DNA of 20,000 nucleotides from Elsinoe ampelina (Eukaryota): NCBI GenBank assembly GCA_010093995.1, contig ML992511.1, positions 403,801 to 423,800 of the forward strand, read 5' to 3'. Shown piece by piece: positions 19,210 to 20,000 of this stretch (position 1 is its first letter; each line of letters starts with the position of its first letter). The notes under the pieces were generated by a model. It saw only the letters and a program-made list of their open reading frames with translations, ran no database searches and was not told where the DNA came from. The position numbers and the translations under genes were made by a program.

Positions 19210-19727
19210 TGTTGTCCCGCGCAATGACTGACCATCTTTCGGCAAACGGGAACCCCCTAGGAGACGATCCCGTAGCCTGTTCCCTACTTGTCTCCTATCC
19301 CGGAAGCTCTTCTTGAAGATGGACTTGTAGAGTTTGAGCTGGGCTTTGTGCTTGAGGTGTGGAAGAGTATCGAAACGGAAGTCGGCAAGCTTATTCTTCG
19401 CCCTTGCTCGCAGGCGTGGGAAGAGAAACCGTTGAATCGAGAAGAGGGTACGTAGTCTGCCTGGCGATTTTGGCGGAGGTGAGGGAGCCACCTTGACTGT
19501 CAAAGAAACAATGTTCCTAGGATGGTCTTTGGACGGCCGGGCTGTCAAGGATGATCAGCAGGTCGAGGAAATTTAATGGAGTATCAAGGGACAGCTCGAA
19601 CCAAGGAAGAGCTTGAAAGAGTTGGACCTGGAGCTATGCCGTGTCAGTGACGCACGAGGCGAGGGAGGGAGTCGGCCTCGCCCCGCACCGAACTGCTCCT
19701 GCTCTACTCTGCCCTACAAGTACCTCT

Positions 19728-19869
19728 TGTTGTAACTGGCAAATCGGATCGAGAGACGTGTTTTTTATTCAGAGAGTTATAATAACCAATTTATCTACTG
19801 TGCGTGCGCTAACTTATTAGTACCAGTTCTTTAGTACTAGAGAAGCTATACTAGCCTTCTATTATAACA
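19728..19869 (-). repeat. 3' long terminal repeat (142 bp) of an LTR retrotransposon
   Basis: Termini TGTTGTAA (19728-19735) and TTATAACA (19862-19869) form a TG...CA inverted repeat with one mismatch explainable by a CA>TA change. AATAAA is present on the minus strand near 19764-19769. Directly abuts a polypurine tract. Confidence 0.75.
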
Positions 19870-19879
19870 CTCCCCCTCT
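19870..19879 (-). other. Polypurine tract (plus-strand primer site) of the retrotransposon
   Basis: Minus strand reads AGAGGGGGAG|TGTTAT, the typical Ty1/copia PPT-LTR junction. Confidence 0.75.
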
Positions 19880-20000
19880 AGTATAGATTATTAAAGCTAG
19901 AGAACTATCCTATTATATATAAGTAAAGTAATTAGCTTATTACTTTATCTCTTTATAATTGCTTATAATTGTTAGTGTTAGCTAATTATTAGTAAGAATT

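Larger units (their letters stand above)
19728..20000 (-). mobile_element. RIP-degraded LTR retrotransposon, probably Ty1/copia, continuing beyond the window
   Basis: Shift from balanced to very AT-rich sequence with abundant TA/TAG/CTA and few CA/TG dinucleotides, plus the LTR and PPT described above. Confidence 0.75.

Overview
Eukaryotic genomic DNA from a filamentous ascomycete (inferred from short GT-AG introns with CTRAY-type branch points and a RIP-like AT-rich end). From left to right: (1) the 5' 826 codons of RRP12 (minus strand, runs off the window, missed by the ORF track); (2) a ~2318-aa two-exon gene fusing a ZNFX1/UPF1-like SF1 helicase and Cys/His fingers to three tandem CbbX/SpoVK-type AAA+ modules and a small C-terminal Cys/His motif; (3) head-to-head with it, 326 bp away, a ~470-aa two-exon gene with an RG-rich N-terminus and a divergent RAI1/DXO-like PD-(D/E)XK nuclease motif series; (4) a ~419-aa low-complexity hypothetical gene; (5) the phosphatidate phosphatase APP1, preceded by an in-frame, ATG-less, basic open stretch of 115 codons; (6) the 3' LTR, polypurine tract and RIP-eroded interior of a probable copia-type retrotransposon. 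The best candidate for an undescribed system is the divergent helicase-3xAAA+ / DXO-like nuclease pair, a possible RNA-sensing and RNA-degrading (antiviral or silencing) module. All family assignments come from motif recognition, not database searches.
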